From an uncultured Victivallales bacterium (GTDB taxonomy: Bacteria > Verrucomicrobiota > Kiritimatiellia > UBA8416 > CAYOBW01), in NCBI GenBank assembly GCA_964550025.1, contig CAZJYI010000022.1:18249-82248 (forward strand): a stretch of DNA of 64,000 nucleotides, in the 5' to 3' direction. Positions 25,016 to 35,700 of this stretch are shown one piece after another; position 1 is the stretch's first letter; each line of letters begins with the position of its first letter. The notes beneath the pieces were generated by a model. It searched no databases and was not told the origin of the DNA. It was given only the letters and a program-made list of their open reading frames with translations. A program made the translations under genes and the position numbers.

Positions 25016-27679
25016 CTAGTTCGCCTCTCTCTTCCGCCATCTCACCTGCGCGTTGGCAGCGGGGTCCTTCTCTGCGTCCTTTTTCGGCAGACACAAGGCC
25101 AGCTGCCTCTTCACTGCCACACACTCCGGACTCCCGGCAAGGTTGGTGAAGTTCCTGGGATCACGCTCCTGATCGTAGAGTTCTTCCGATCCGTCCGCGT
25201 ATCGAATGTACCGCCATCGGACGGTGCGTATGGCGTGGTTCCTGTAGCCGTGTGTCATGACCACCGCTCGCCCGGTCTTCGTCTTTGGTTCTTTCAGTAG
25301 GGGCACCAGGCTTCTACCGTCGAGTTCCTTCAGCGGCTTGAAACCGCACAGCTCCGTGAGCGTGGGGTAGATGTCGAGCAGACTGACGGGCTGCCCACAC
25401 GCCGCGCCGGCGGTGGACACACCGGGTGCGGAGATGACGAACGGCACGCGGGTGGTCTGCTCCCACAGCGCGAACTTCTCCCAGTGCTCCTTCTGGCCCA
25501 GGTGGTAGCCATGGTCGGACCACAGCACCACGATGGTGTCGTCTGAAAGCGGTCCGTTTTCGAGCGCATCCAGCAGGCGACCGATCATGTCATCGGCAAA
25601 ACTGACGGAAGCGTTGTAACCCCGAATGGCCGCATCCCACTTGCCGTTCTCAACCAGCCACCTGTGCCAGCGCGTCTTCAGCCTGGCCTTCCCGGCATCG
25701 GGGATATCATCGAGATCGTTCTCTTGAATCCCTGGACGTTCGACCCTGTCAACCGGGTGCCTGTCAAAGTAGCCCTTCGGCGTCCACCACGGAATGTGCG
25801 GACGGTAGATGCCAACCGCCAGGAAGAGCGGTTTGTCGTGTTTCTTCCCGAGTTGTTCCGTTGCCCACGCCACGACCTTGGCGTCGGCCATCTCGTCCGC
25901 GTCGATATCCAGTTCCGCCCAGTCAAAACGCCCGCCATAGAAGTCCTTGTACGTATTCATCGGCACGCTCTCCGGCTTCACTTCTTCCGGCATCTGACGC
26001 TGCCTGGACGGGAAGTACTCGTCCCACGGGCGCGGATCCAGGAAGCCCGTGTAGGCCCCGCGGCTCAACGACGACGCATGGTAGAGCTTTCCCCCGCCCA
26101 TCGTCGTGTAGCCGTTGGCCCGGAAGTGATGCGGCAGCGTGGCCCAGTCCTTCAGCATCCGGTTCTCGCGCCAGTCCTGCGGGTTGATGTACACCCCGGA
26201 TGTGGCCGGGGCCACCCCGGTCATTACCGCGGCGCGCGATGGGTTGCAGGACGGCGCGGCGCAGTGAGCGTTGGTGAAGCGCACGCCCTTCTCGGCTAGC
26301 CGGCTGATGTTCGGCGTGGCGACGGTAGTCTCCCCACCAAATCCCTCGGGACAGGTGTTCAGATCGTCGACCGCAATCATCAGGACATTGGGCCTCTCTC
26401 GCTCTGCCTTCCATTTGCGCAGCTCGTGCGGCCACTTCCCGGGACGGGCGTCCTTCTCGGTCAGGATGGCCTTGTCTGCGTTGTGCGTGAAGCCTTCTAG
26501 CTTCACGTTCTCGATCCTGATGGTGTAGTGCCCTCCGGTTGTGTCTTTCACACCACCGATGGAGGGTCCGCGGAAGAACTTGTCTATCCAGACCAGGTCC
26601 AGATCGTCATAGTATTCCTCGGGAACGCTCAGGATGGCGTGCGTCTTGATCTGGGCGGTCTTGCCGAAAACGGCGGTGATGTTCTTCACGTAGCTGCCTT
26701 CGGCGAAGATGCCGTCGGTGGCATCAGGATTGCGCGCCAGTTCGGATTGCTTTACACCACCTTTGCCAATGGTCACCGCATAGGTGCTGCCGATTGATTT
26801 CACATTTTCAACCTGCACCAAACCGTTCATGGCGCTGTGCGGACCAAACATGACGGCGCAGCGGCCATTTGCGTTGGTGACGTTGTTCGCGGTGATGTCG
26901 TAGCATGGCCCGCAACCGGTTTCCAGGCGAAGCGTCACGCCGCCGTCGGCATAGATGTTCTCGAAATGGCACGATTGCGCACCGTGCAGCTGGGTGAGGC
27001 CGTAACCGGGGCTCGCGTTGAAGATGCGGCAGTTGCGGATGGTGCCATCGGTTGAGCGTGACACCGGCCACTTGCTGCTGTCGTGTTTCGTTTGCTGCTC
27101 GGTCAGCGTGATGCCGCAGTAGACCGTGTAGTTGTCGCGTACATCCAGGTTTTCGATCAGGAAGTTCTTCACCATTTTGGTCAGGACGGCGCGGATGCCT
27201 TCGCCCTCCACACGCTCGCGGTCGGAGTAGTCGATGATGAACGGTCCACCGACTCCACGAATGCTGACATTTTCGATGTAGGCCATCTCATCCTCTTCCG
27301 TCCACGTCTTCTTTTTCTCTGGGCGCTCCGCGTCCATCAGGAAGACGACCGCCTTCGTTCCCTCAGGCCAGTAGGGCTTGATGACCGTGCCCGCTTCGAT
27401 CAGCAGGTGAATGTTCGACCTCAGGCGAATGCGCGCCAGTTGATACGTTCCCTTCGGCACCATGAGCCGCCCGCCGCCCGCCTCAGCCAGCTCGTCGATG
27501 GCCTCCTGGAACACCTCGCTCTGGTTGGTCGCGGCGTTGTCGTCCACCAGCCCGTAGTCGGTCTTGAGATTCTTCGCAGGACCGTTTGGGTCCATGGTCT
27601 CCGTGTACCTGGCCTGCGCGGCCGAGGCCCACACAGTCAAGGTCATCACGACGGGTACAGCCTTCAACATCCTGTACAT
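25016..27679 (-). CDS. fusion protein: N-terminal pectate-lyase-fold beta-helix domain + C-terminal S1 sulfatase domain
   Basis: N-terminal half: DYGLVDDNAATNQSEVFQEAIDELAEAGGGRLMVPKGTYQLARIRLRSNIHLLIEAGTVIKP (Pectate_lyase_3-like). The junction is RKWKAERERPNVLMIAVDDLN. The sulfatase half has CAAPSCNPSRAAVMTG and VLWSDHGYHLG. Confidence 0.8.
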   Translation of the reverse strand: MYRMLKAVPVVMTLTVWASAAQARYTETMDPNGPAKNLKTDYGLVDDNAATNQSEVFQEAIDELAEAGGGRLMVPKGTYQLARIRLRSNIHLLIEAGTVIKPYWPEGTKAVVFLMDAERPEKKKTWTEEDEMAYIENVSIRGVGGPFIIDYSDRERVEGEGIRAVLTKMVKNFLIENLDVRDNYTVYCGITLTEQQTKHDSSKWPVSRSTDGTIRNCRIFNASPGYGLTQLHGAQSCHFENIYADGGVTLRLETGCGPCYDITANNVTNANGRCAVMFGPHSAMNGLVQVENVKSIGSTYAVTIGKGGVKQSELARNPDATDGIFAEGSYVKNITAVFGKTAQIKTHAILSVPEEYYDDLDLVWIDKFFRGPSIGGVKDTTGGHYTIRIENVKLEGFTHNADKAILTEKDARPGKWPHELRKWKAERERPNVLMIAVDDLNTCPEGFGGETTVATPNISRLAEKGVRFTNAHCAAPSCNPSRAAVMTGVAPATSGVYINPQDWRENRMLKDWATLPHHFRANGYTTMGGGKLYHASSLSRGAYTGFLDPRPWDEYFPSRQRQMPEEVKPESVPMNTYKDFYGGRFDWAELDIDADEMADAKVVAWATEQLGKKHDKPLFLAVGIYRPHIPWWTPKGYFDRHPVDRVERPGIQENDLDDIPDAGKARLKTRWHRWLVENGKWDAAIRGYNASVSFADDMIGRLLDALENGPLSDDTIVVLWSDHGYHLGQKEHWEKFALWEQTTRVPFVISAPGVSTAGAACGQPVSLLDIYPTLTELCGFKPLKELDGRSLVPLLKEPKTKTGRAVVMTHGYRNHAIRTVRWRYIRYADGSEELYDQERDPRNFTNLAGSPECVAVKRQLALCLPKKDAEKDPAANAQVRWRKREAN

Positions 27680-27714
27680 GGCTCAAGTCCTCCTCCAGTC
27701 AATGGTCCGTATGC

Positions 27715-28716
27715 CTAATCCCCGACAACCGGTGCCAGGTAGATGTTCTTGTATGACACGGCGGTATGGTCGCCCTGAAGGTAGATGGGGCCGGGCTCAG
27801 CCGGGTTCGTGTGAATGGCCCCGGCCGTGGGGCCGGGCACGGGCTGATTGTCAATGACCTTTTCGCCGTTGAGAACCACGGTCACGTGACGGTCCACCAG
27901 GGTGATGTCATAGGTCTGCCATTCGCCGCCGCGTTTGCCGGCATTGACCGAGGGTGCGATGACTCCGAAAATGGAACCCACGCCCTGCACCCCCTGCATC
28001 CGGCTGTCTCGATCAACCACCTGGGCTTCGTACATTCCTCGCAGATAGACGCCACTGTTGCGGCCCTGTTCGACCAGGAATTCAATGTGCAACCGGAAGT
28101 CCTCGAAAACCGCATCGGTCCTGAGATTGGCGTATGCTCCCGTGGGGCTGAAGTCGGTCTTCGGCGTCTTGTTCTTCATCACGCCGTTCTCCACACACCA
28201 GCCGAACTGCTTGTCGGGCTCATGCGCCCGCCAGCCGGACAGGTCCTTTCCGTTGAAGAGGACGACGGGATGTCCGAACCGCACCTTGGAGAGATCCGGA
28301 GGACCGGCCGGCATCGGGGGGATTCTCTTCCCGGTGAACGTCACACGCTCGACGCGCCCATCCGGAAGCGGACGCATCATCACGCCGTCGAGCTTGCCCG
28401 CCTTCAATCCCACATCTACGCTCCGGGCCAGAACCGCTCCTCCCTTCTTCCTCTTCCTGATCGAGAACTTGAGCCGGCCGCCGATCACTCCCGCATCACA
28501 GTGAGGACCAGCCGAACCGACATACAAGCGCATATGGACCAACGGCCGGCCGTTGGTCTCCGCCACGCGCATCCACGCCGGCAGACCGGAATCGAGGTCG
28601 AGCGACCAATCCCCCAGGAGCTCTTCAGGCACCGACTCGGCGGGCAGTGCCGCCGCCATCGCCAGGAACAGCAGGCAGCAGGGCCCCAGGATTCCACACA
28701 AGATAGCCCTTCTCAC
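27715..28716 (-). CDS. DUF1080 (3-keto-disaccharide-hydrolase / LamG-like) domain exported protein
   Basis: C-terminal half: LFNGKDLSGWRAH…FGWCVENGVM…FEDFRLHIEFLVEQGRNSGVYLRGMYEAQVVD…GEWQTYDITLVDRHVTVVLNG…IYLQGDHTAVSYKNIYL. The GTG start overlaps the upstream stop (GTGA at 28713-28716). Confidence 0.8.
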   Translation of the reverse strand: MRRAILCGILGPCCLLFLAMAAALPAESVPEELLGDWSLDLDSGLPAWMRVAETNGRPLVHMRLYVGSAGPHCDAGVIGGRLKFSIRKRKKGGAVLARSVDVGLKAGKLDGVMMRPLPDGRVERVTFTGKRIPPMPAGPPDLSKVRFGHPVVLFNGKDLSGWRAHEPDKQFGWCVENGVMKNKTPKTDFSPTGAYANLRTDAVFEDFRLHIEFLVEQGRNSGVYLRGMYEAQVVDRDSRMQGVQGVGSIFGVIAPSVNAGKRGGEWQTYDITLVDRHVTVVLNGEKVIDNQPVPGPTAGAIHTNPAEPGPIYLQGDHTAVSYKNIYLAPVVGD

Positions 28717-29987
28717 TGTTCCGCACCTCCTCTGAACGCGCTGTTCTGTGCTTCAATCCGTTCGCGCTGCTTCTTGCTCAGACCGAGCCGGTAGTAGACA
28801 TCCGGCCCGAAGTAGTGGCTGTGTCTCTTCATCCCAGGGTCGTGCACGTCCAGGCTGAGATCGCAGTCAAAGCGCATCAGGACCGTCACGCGCCCCTTGG
28901 CGTCTTCTGCGCGCGCCTTGATATTGTGGCAGAGCCCCCAGGTGATGCCGCGGCCGTACTTCGTATCGGTAAAGGCGTCCGGCACGAACGGCCCTCCGGC
29001 GGGCGGCAGCATCGAGGTGATGGAAGCGACCTCGAAACTCACGCCATCGGGCGCGTACTGAACCGTGAAGTGCTCGTTGCCGTCGCGAATGACGATGGCC
29101 GCGATGCCTTCCTTGAATGGGAACAACGTGGTTTCGTGCCCCGAGTTGATCACCGGGTTCAACGGGTGTTTCTCGAACGGCCCCAGCGGGTTGTCGGCAA
29201 TGGCCACCCCCTGCATGCGCGTGCGCCGCTCTTTCACGTCGAAATCGGACTTGTAGTAGAGGTAGATCTTCCCCTTGTACACCAGTGGATAGGGATCGTG
29301 GATCGTCCTGCTGTCCCAGGTTCCCTCCGGACCGTTGGGAATGACAACCTGGTTCAGCGGCTTCCAGGGCCCATCTGGAGAATCTGCCACGGAGACCGCA
29401 ACGGGGCAGTAGTCTCCACCCTCCTGTGGCCAGATACTGAAGGCCTGGTAGTACATGTAGTACTTACCTTCCCACTCGAGAACGTCGGCCGTAGATACCG
29501 ACCGCCAGCCAGGATTGGGTTTCTCCGCGCGCGGAATGGCCACACCCTGCTCCTCCCAGGTGAAGCCGTCCTCCGAGGTGGCGTACCAGATCTCCGAAAG
29601 ATCCCAGTCCCGCGCGGGGACGACCTCGGTTGCTCCCTTTACGAAGCCGAGAACATGCCCGGTGTCGCGATGCGTATACCAGACGTAGTACTTCCCGTTG
29701 CGGAACAGCACCTTCGAGGGGTCGCGCCGGGTGATGGTGCCGTCATATTCGTTGTAGTCGAAACCCTTCAGCTCCGTGTACTTGAATAGCGAGTACAGTT
29801 CGTTGTCCTGCGGTTGCGCTGCCGCGAAGTTGTCGTAGTTGCGCGCAACCGCTGCACTCATCTCCCGGTCGGGCTTCTCCACCGGGAGGATGAAAGGAAA
29901 CCCCTCCTTCTCCTTTGTCGTGCTGCAGGAACTCAACAGTAGAACGGGCACCATCGTACCTATCACTAGTCCTGTTGTCCTCTTCAT
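28713..29987 (-). CDS. five-bladed beta-propeller glycoside-hydrolase-like lipoprotein (GH43/GH117-like clan; family unresolved)
   Basis: Lipobox MKRTTGLVIGTMVPVLLLSSC (ATG 29987 after AAGGAG). Motifs: TRRDPSKVLFRNGKYYVWYT, WYATSEDGFTWEEQG, GKYYMYYQAF, ADSPDGPWKP, IHDPYPLVYKGKIYLYYKS. It is a tandem paralog of the next gene. Confidence 0.6.
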   Translation of the reverse strand: MKRTTGLVIGTMVPVLLLSSCSTTKEKEGFPFILPVEKPDREMSAAVARNYDNFAAAQPQDNELYSLFKYTELKGFDYNEYDGTITRRDPSKVLFRNGKYYVWYTHRDTGHVLGFVKGATEVVPARDWDLSEIWYATSEDGFTWEEQGVAIPRAEKPNPGWRSVSTADVLEWEGKYYMYYQAFSIWPQEGGDYCPVAVSVADSPDGPWKPLNQVVIPNGPEGTWDSRTIHDPYPLVYKGKIYLYYKSDFDVKERRTRMQGVAIADNPLGPFEKHPLNPVINSGHETTLFPFKEGIAAIVIRDGNEHFTVQYAPDGVSFEVASITSMLPPAGGPFVPDAFTDTKYGRGITWGLCHNIKARAEDAKGRVTVLMRFDCDLSLDVHDPGMKRHSHYFGPDVYYRLGLSKKQRERIEAQNSAFRGGAEQ

Positions 29988-30003
29988 CACGCGCACTCCT
30001 TGT

Positions 30004-31326
30004 CTACTCACTCTGCCTCTCCAATTCCAGCCGCTCTCGCTCCATGCGCTCCTGGCGCTGCTTCCAGTTCAGCGAGTACCTGAGAAAGACGTCCGGTTTA
30101 TGCAGGTGGCGGGTCTTTTTCAGCATCGGATCGTGAAAGTCCTTGCTCAGGTCGCAGTCGAATCGGAGGAGTATCGACATCTGGGTGCCCTTCACGTTCT
30201 GCGCGTGGTTGACGTGACAAAGCCCCCAGGTAATGCCTCGCCCGTCTTTCGTGTCGGTGAATGCATCCGGGATATAGGGGCCGGGGGCGATCGGCATCAG
30301 CTCGGTGATCGTCTCGATCTCGAAATTCACGCCGTCCGGCGCGTATTGAATCGTGAAATGCTCGTACCCGTCGCGGATCACCAGGGCGGCGATCCCTTCT
30401 TCGAAGGGGAAAAGCGAGATCTCGTGCCCGGAATTCAGCACCGGGTTGAGCGGATGCCGCTCGAAGGGCCCCAGGGGGTTGTCGGCGGTCGCGAGTCCCA
30501 CCATCTTGAGATAGGCGGGTAAGCGGTCGTCGAAATCAGACTTGTAGTAGAGGAAGATCTTTCCGTCGTGAACCAGCGGGGTGGGGTCCTGAATCGTGAA
30601 GTGGTCCCATTCGCCCTTGCGGCCGTTGTGAACCACTTCCTTGTAGGTGGGCGTCCAGGGACCGTCGGGAGAATCCGCGTAAGCGGCGGAGATCACGCAG
30701 TCGTTAATCTTCCCGTCTCCGGTGTCCGCGAAAGCCTGGTAGTACAGGTAGAACTTGCCCTGCCACTCGAGCATGCCGGGTGTCGCGATCGAACGGTCGC
30801 CCACTTTCCCTTTCGGGGCCCGGGCCACGGCAAGGCCCTCTTCCTTCCAGGTAAATCCATCTTCGGACGTCGCATACCAGATGTCCGATAGATCCCAATC
30901 GCGCGAGGGCACATCCTCCACCGTCCGCTCCGTTCGTTTGGGAACGTTCTTCGTGTTTCGGTAGGTATACCAGACGTAGTACTTCCCGTTCGCTCTAATG
31001 ATGTTGGACGGATCGCGGCGCGTAATCGTTCCATCGCGATCGTTGTAGTTGAACCCTTCGAGCTCGGAATAGCGAAACTGCGTATGCAGTTCATTGTCGA
31101 ACTCAGAAGTCGTCCTGTACCGGGAATAGGACCGCTCCAAGGCTGCGCTCAATGGGCGATCGGGTTTCTCGGCGGGCATGTAGTATGGGAACGCGCCCTG
31201 GTCCTTCACGCTGGTGCAACCGTTGGCTAACAGCCATGCGAAGGCCAGGGGCAGCAACCCACCGGCGTGCGTCAGCCGAACAACCGCATGGTGGTCCATG
31301 CTCCTGGTCTGGTTCAGATGTTGCAT
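30004..31326 (-). CDS. five-bladed beta-propeller glycoside-hydrolase-like lipoprotein (paralog of 28713-29987)
   Basis: ATG 31326 is preceded by GGAGG and lies 4 nt after the upstream stop. It gives MQHLNQ…LLPLAFAWLLANGC (lipobox). The motif set matches the paralog: TRRDPSNIIRANGKYYVWYT, WYATSEDGFTWKEEG, GKFYLYYQAF, ADSPDGPWTP. The track's N-terminal extension to 31455 is Arg/Lys-rich and overlaps the upstream gene. Confidence 0.6.
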   Translation of the reverse strand: MQHLNQTRSMDHHAVVRLTHAGGLLPLAFAWLLANGCTSVKDQGAFPYYMPAEKPDRPLSAALERSYSRYRTTSEFDNELHTQFRYSELEGFNYNDRDGTITRRDPSNIIRANGKYYVWYTYRNTKNVPKRTERTVEDVPSRDWDLSDIWYATSEDGFTWKEEGLAVARAPKGKVGDRSIATPGMLEWQGKFYLYYQAFADTGDGKINDCVISAAYADSPDGPWTPTYKEVVHNGRKGEWDHFTIQDPTPLVHDGKIFLYYKSDFDDRLPAYLKMVGLATADNPLGPFERHPLNPVLNSGHEISLFPFEEGIAALVIRDGYEHFTIQYAPDGVNFEIETITELMPIAPGPYIPDAFTDTKDGRGITWGLCHVNHAQNVKGTQMSILLRFDCDLSKDFHDPMLKKTRHLHKPDVFLRYSLNWKQRQERMERERLELERQSE

Positions 31327-31330
31327 GATT

Positions 31331-32716
31331 TCAACCTCCATTTCCCTTCCTCTTCGCCTCCCTCTCTTCCCGGGCTTTCTGCTTCGCTTTCCGATGTTCG
31401 GCGGCCAGTCTCTTCTTTTCGGCCTCGTCCTTCTTCCATTGATTGCTCCACCCAATTCCCTGGAGATGCTCCCGGTAGACCGTCTTCACCACTTGTGGGT
31501 CCATAGCGTCGGCTTCGGTAATGATGGGCTTGTCGACATACTCAAAACCGATCCCTTCCACGTTCTCGATTTCTACGTCGTAGTCCGCGGTGTATAAAAC
31601 CGGGGCGATCGAGGCGCCTCTCAGTTTCCGCGGATCGCCCTCCTTCAGCAGGCGCACATGCTTGAGCAGCTCGGGGTGGCAGTACTTCATGCTCGTCCAG
31701 CCTCGCTGCGAATGGGTGCCAAAGGTCGCCTTCACGTTCTTGACGGACGTTCCCGGAGCGAAACTCCCCGGCGTCGGGCCCTCGCGGGTCTTGGTTCTCG
31801 AGATGAATCCTTTCCCGATCTTCACCGCGAAGTCGCAGCTGATGGCTTCCACGCCATCCACCTTGACCACGCCGCTATGCGTGGAGTGCGGCGACAACAG
31901 CACGCATGTGCCCGCGTTTTTCGATTTCAGGTTCCGGCCTTCCACGTCAAAGGCCCCGCCGACCTGGTTGGGATTCTTGGGGCGCACGCCGGTCTCTATC
32001 CGCATCGCCACGCCGCCCTCGGTGTAGAGACTCTCAAGAAGGACCCGTTTGCCCGCGTGGAGCTGCGCCAGCCCGTAACCCCCGTCTGCGTCAAGTACGC
32101 TGCAGTCGCGAATGGTCCCGTCGGTGGGCCCGCAGAAGCCCGACTTATCCGGCGACGTGTCGGGCGGGGCCAGAATGATTGCGCAGAACTTGGTCCTGCA
32201 CTCGTTGACGTTCATGTTGGAGATGAGGAAGTTCCTCACCATCTTGCAGGCGATGACCCGCAGGCCGTTCTCGTGGGGGCGGAACTGAACGGTCCATCTC
32301 TTGCCGTCGCAGCCCCGGATGCTGACGTTTTCAACTTCCTCATTCTCCATCCCGAGGCGAAACATGATCACCGGCCGGACATCCCCCTCCGCGATGTAGG
32401 GCTTCAGTACGGCTCCTTCCTGGATGAGCAGGTGAACGTTGGACTTGAATACAACGTCGGCAAAGCTGTAGTTGCCGCGGGGCAACAAGAGCCTTCCCCC
32501 GCCTGCAGCCGACAGCTCGTCGATCGCCTGCTGCAGCTTGTCGCTCTGGTTGATCGTATCGTCGCTAATCAACCCGTAACCTTCCCGCAGGTCCCGGCTT
32601 GGGGCACCGGGCGTGAGGGTTTCCCGGAAGGCCGCATCGGCCTGGGCGATAGTTAACAGCGCGAACGTCAACAGGGCGCACAGCCCTTGCTTTCTGAGAG
32701 AATCATGTTCGCTCAT
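31331..32716 (-). CDS. pectate-lyase-fold beta-helix protein (stand-alone paralog of the N-terminal half of 25016-27679)
   Basis: GYGLISDDTINQSDKLQQAIDELSAAGGGRLLLPRGNYSFADVVFKSNVHLLIQEGAVLKPY aligns with the fused gene. The C-terminal tail is highly charged: WKKDEAEKKRLAAEHRKAKQKAREEREAKRKGNGG. Confidence 0.7.
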   Translation of the reverse strand: MSEHDSLRKQGLCALLTFALLTIAQADAAFRETLTPGAPSRDLREGYGLISDDTINQSDKLQQAIDELSAAGGGRLLLPRGNYSFADVVFKSNVHLLIQEGAVLKPYIAEGDVRPVIMFRLGMENEEVENVSIRGCDGKRWTVQFRPHENGLRVIACKMVRNFLISNMNVNECRTKFCAIILAPPDTSPDKSGFCGPTDGTIRDCSVLDADGGYGLAQLHAGKRVLLESLYTEGGVAMRIETGVRPKNPNQVGGAFDVEGRNLKSKNAGTCVLLSPHSTHSGVVKVDGVEAISCDFAVKIGKGFISRTKTREGPTPGSFAPGTSVKNVKATFGTHSQRGWTSMKYCHPELLKHVRLLKEGDPRKLRGASIAPVLYTADYDVEIENVEGIGFEYVDKPIITEADAMDPQVVKTVYREHLQGIGWSNQWKKDEAEKKRLAAEHRKAKQKAREEREAKRKGNGG

Positions 32717-32719
32717 GGT

Positions 32720-35700
32720 TCACTCCTCTTTGCCAAAGCACACCACATTGCCGTCCGATAGCGGAATGAAGAGCGCGCCATGGGCGGCCGCCATGCCGTC
32801 GAAGACGGGTATGTGGTCGAGTTTGTACTCGGCCTTTTTCTCGCCCGTCTGCTTGTCTACGGCAACGAGGACGCCTCCTTGGGCTCCATCCCATGCTTCA
32901 TCCTGCTTCTTGAGCGACCGCATGATCCCGCTGTCGCTATCCTCGAAGTTGGCCTGAAAGGCCGCGCCCTCATCTGTAATGTCAGGCGGCCCGGCCACGA
33001 ACAGTGTGTCATCTGCAAGCACCATGGCGTTCGCGAGCACTCCCGGATTCTCCACCTGCCAGTGGTACTTCAGTTTCGGAGGGCGGTAGCTGGGTTCCTT
33101 CTTGCCCTTCTTGGGCCGCTTCCCCTTCTTGTGGCTGCTCTCGGCGGCGGGTTCCGGTTTCGAAACCGCTGCCCGTTTCTGGGCAGCCACCGCGGCCTTT
33201 TCCTGCTCCGTCCGATCCCTCGGCGCCGAGTAGATCAGGTGATGGGTTCGCGGCCTCATCGTGTTGGCGTAGTTGGCGGCGCGGAAACCGTACGCGTTGT
33301 CTTCGTCGAGCGCGATCAGGCGACCGATGGGCGTGATGCCTGTTACGCGAGCGTATTCGTTGTGACCCTCGCCCCCCGTACGTCCGTAGATCATGAAGGA
33401 GCGGTGGAACCAACTATCGTCAAGAAACCCGGTGGGACAGAACAGGTGACGGCCCTCGCCGTACTGCTCCATTTCCTTGAACTTCGGCGCGTTAACATCG
33501 ATGCGTTTGCCGTCGTACTCGAACTTCTGCGCCCCCATGTAGATGAACTTGTCGTCGCATGAGAGGATGTCGGGGTTGGCGACGGGCATCGCCTTGCCGG
33601 GCATCTTGTGTTGGATGTGTTTGCCGGTCTCAGGATCGATCTCGTTGAGGACGGTCTCCGACTTCTTTTCGCCGGTAACCGGATCGAGAAGCAGCATGCG
33701 CATACCGCCGTCGAGAAGCATGTTGCGTCCGGCCAGGGCATAGAGCCTGTTCCTCGCGACGAGCACGCTTCCGTGAACAGGCCAGCGCGACTCGATCTGC
33801 TGCCGGCTCATCATCTTCCCACGGCCCGGTGCTGCATGGTAGCGCCAGGCGAGCTCGCCGTCGGAAGCGCGCAGGGCATAGACGAATCCGTCGGCGCAAC
33901 CGAACAACGCTAGCCCCTTGTACAAGGTGGGCGGCGAGTCGATACGCCCTCCGGCAGTGAAGGTCCAGGCAACCGAGCCTTTCTTCGCATCAAGCGCGTA
34001 GAGCGTGTGGCGGTCGACAGCCGCCACGTAGGCCATGCCGCCGCCAACCACCATGGCGCTGAGCTTGCCCCCTATTTCGGCTTGCCACTGCTCTGTGAGT
34101 TGTGTCCCGAGCGACGTAGAAGTGTATCCGCTCCGAGAGGAATCGCCCCTATACACAGGCCAGTCCTCAACACGAGGGCCTGCTTCAGCTTCTACTTCCC
34201 CGTACGCCGCCCCCTTGAAAAGGCGTTCCGGTTCAGGGACGGGACGGTCGACGCGGGATTCTCCCGCCGCAAGCGCCGTCATGTGAGTGATCTTGGACTG
34301 AAAATGACAGGCGCACGTATCGGCGGGTTTGTACAGCAGACCGTTGGCAGGCATGATCCCGTAGATGCAGCTTCCGCGCACGTGGTGATGGATGTCGACC
34401 TTGCGTTCGCCGCCGACGTTGTAGAACTCGGTGCCGGTACCCGAGGTAATCAACCAGTCCTTGGTCGCGCGACCGGGATAGCAGCGCTGGTGCATGAAAT
34501 ACCCCTCGATATTCTCGGCGGCGAAGTCCTCGACGATGTCCCCGGTCTTGAGGTTGAAGGCCTTTATCGGTGTCCCGTGCGTCTGCTGTACGCCCGTCCC
34601 GACCGACCACACGCGGCCACCCATCACGTACAGGTCGTTAGGGCTGTTGTGACCGGTCTTGAGCAGCTTCTCTTTCCACAACTCCCTGCCGTTCTTCGCC
34701 TCAAACGCGTGAATGATCCCGCTGTGGCAGAAGATAACGGTCTCGTCAGCGTAGACCATGCGGTGGGTGTAGCCGGTAGCCGGCGTATACGTGATCGGCG
34801 TGGGCGTCCGCCAGGTCTGGGAGCCGGTGCCGGCATCAAGCGCCACGACGTCGTCGCCGTTGTAGTAGTAGACCCGTCCGCCCGCGCACGCGAGCGTCAG
34901 CGGCGCGATGTGGGTTTGGTGTCGCCACCGGATCTCCCCGGTGTCGGCTTCGACTGCGACGACAAGCCGCTCAGGCTGTTTCCTGGACCAACCGAACTTC
35001 AGATTCGTGGTGGTCTTCGCCTGTGCCCAGCTCGTGGTCGACTCCCGGAAGCCCGTGGGCTTCTTAGCCGGATCGACGAGCAGGTAGAGGACCCCGTCTG
35101 CAAGGAGGATCTCTTCCGTGCCGATGGTACCCTCGTAGGTGTGAACCGTCTTCCCGGATGCGGCGTCAAGGGCAGTAACCGGCGCGTTGTACCCGAGTGT
35201 GGCGTAGACCCGCTCATCCATGGCAACGATGCGGCGCGGAAGGTATCCGGGGCCGCTCTTCATCGTCCACACGTGAACGTGCCAATCCGCCATCTCGCGT
35301 TTCCAAAGGACGGTGCCATTGAAGCCGTCACGCGCGATCAGCCGCCATTTCGGCGGCAGGAATATGTGGCTGCGCCGCCCTTCGTCCATGATGTAGAAGA
35401 TGCGCCCCCCACTCGACACCATGGCATGCATGCTCGACATGAACTCATGGTTCCGCAGCCACTTCGGATCCCCATCCCATTGCATCCGCCGCGGGGGGGC
35501 GACCCGTTCATCTCTGCTCACCATGACACCCGAGGCGTCGTAGGTGTAGTGCGTCCAGTCGTCGATAGAGGGAGGAAACGGCTTTCTCGTCTTCTTGCCC
35601 CCGATGACGGATACACCACCGGGCGCCAGGACGCGGTCGACCTCACCCATGTCAAAACGCCGCGCGATCACCAGGTTCACCATGCCGTCAATGTACGGAA

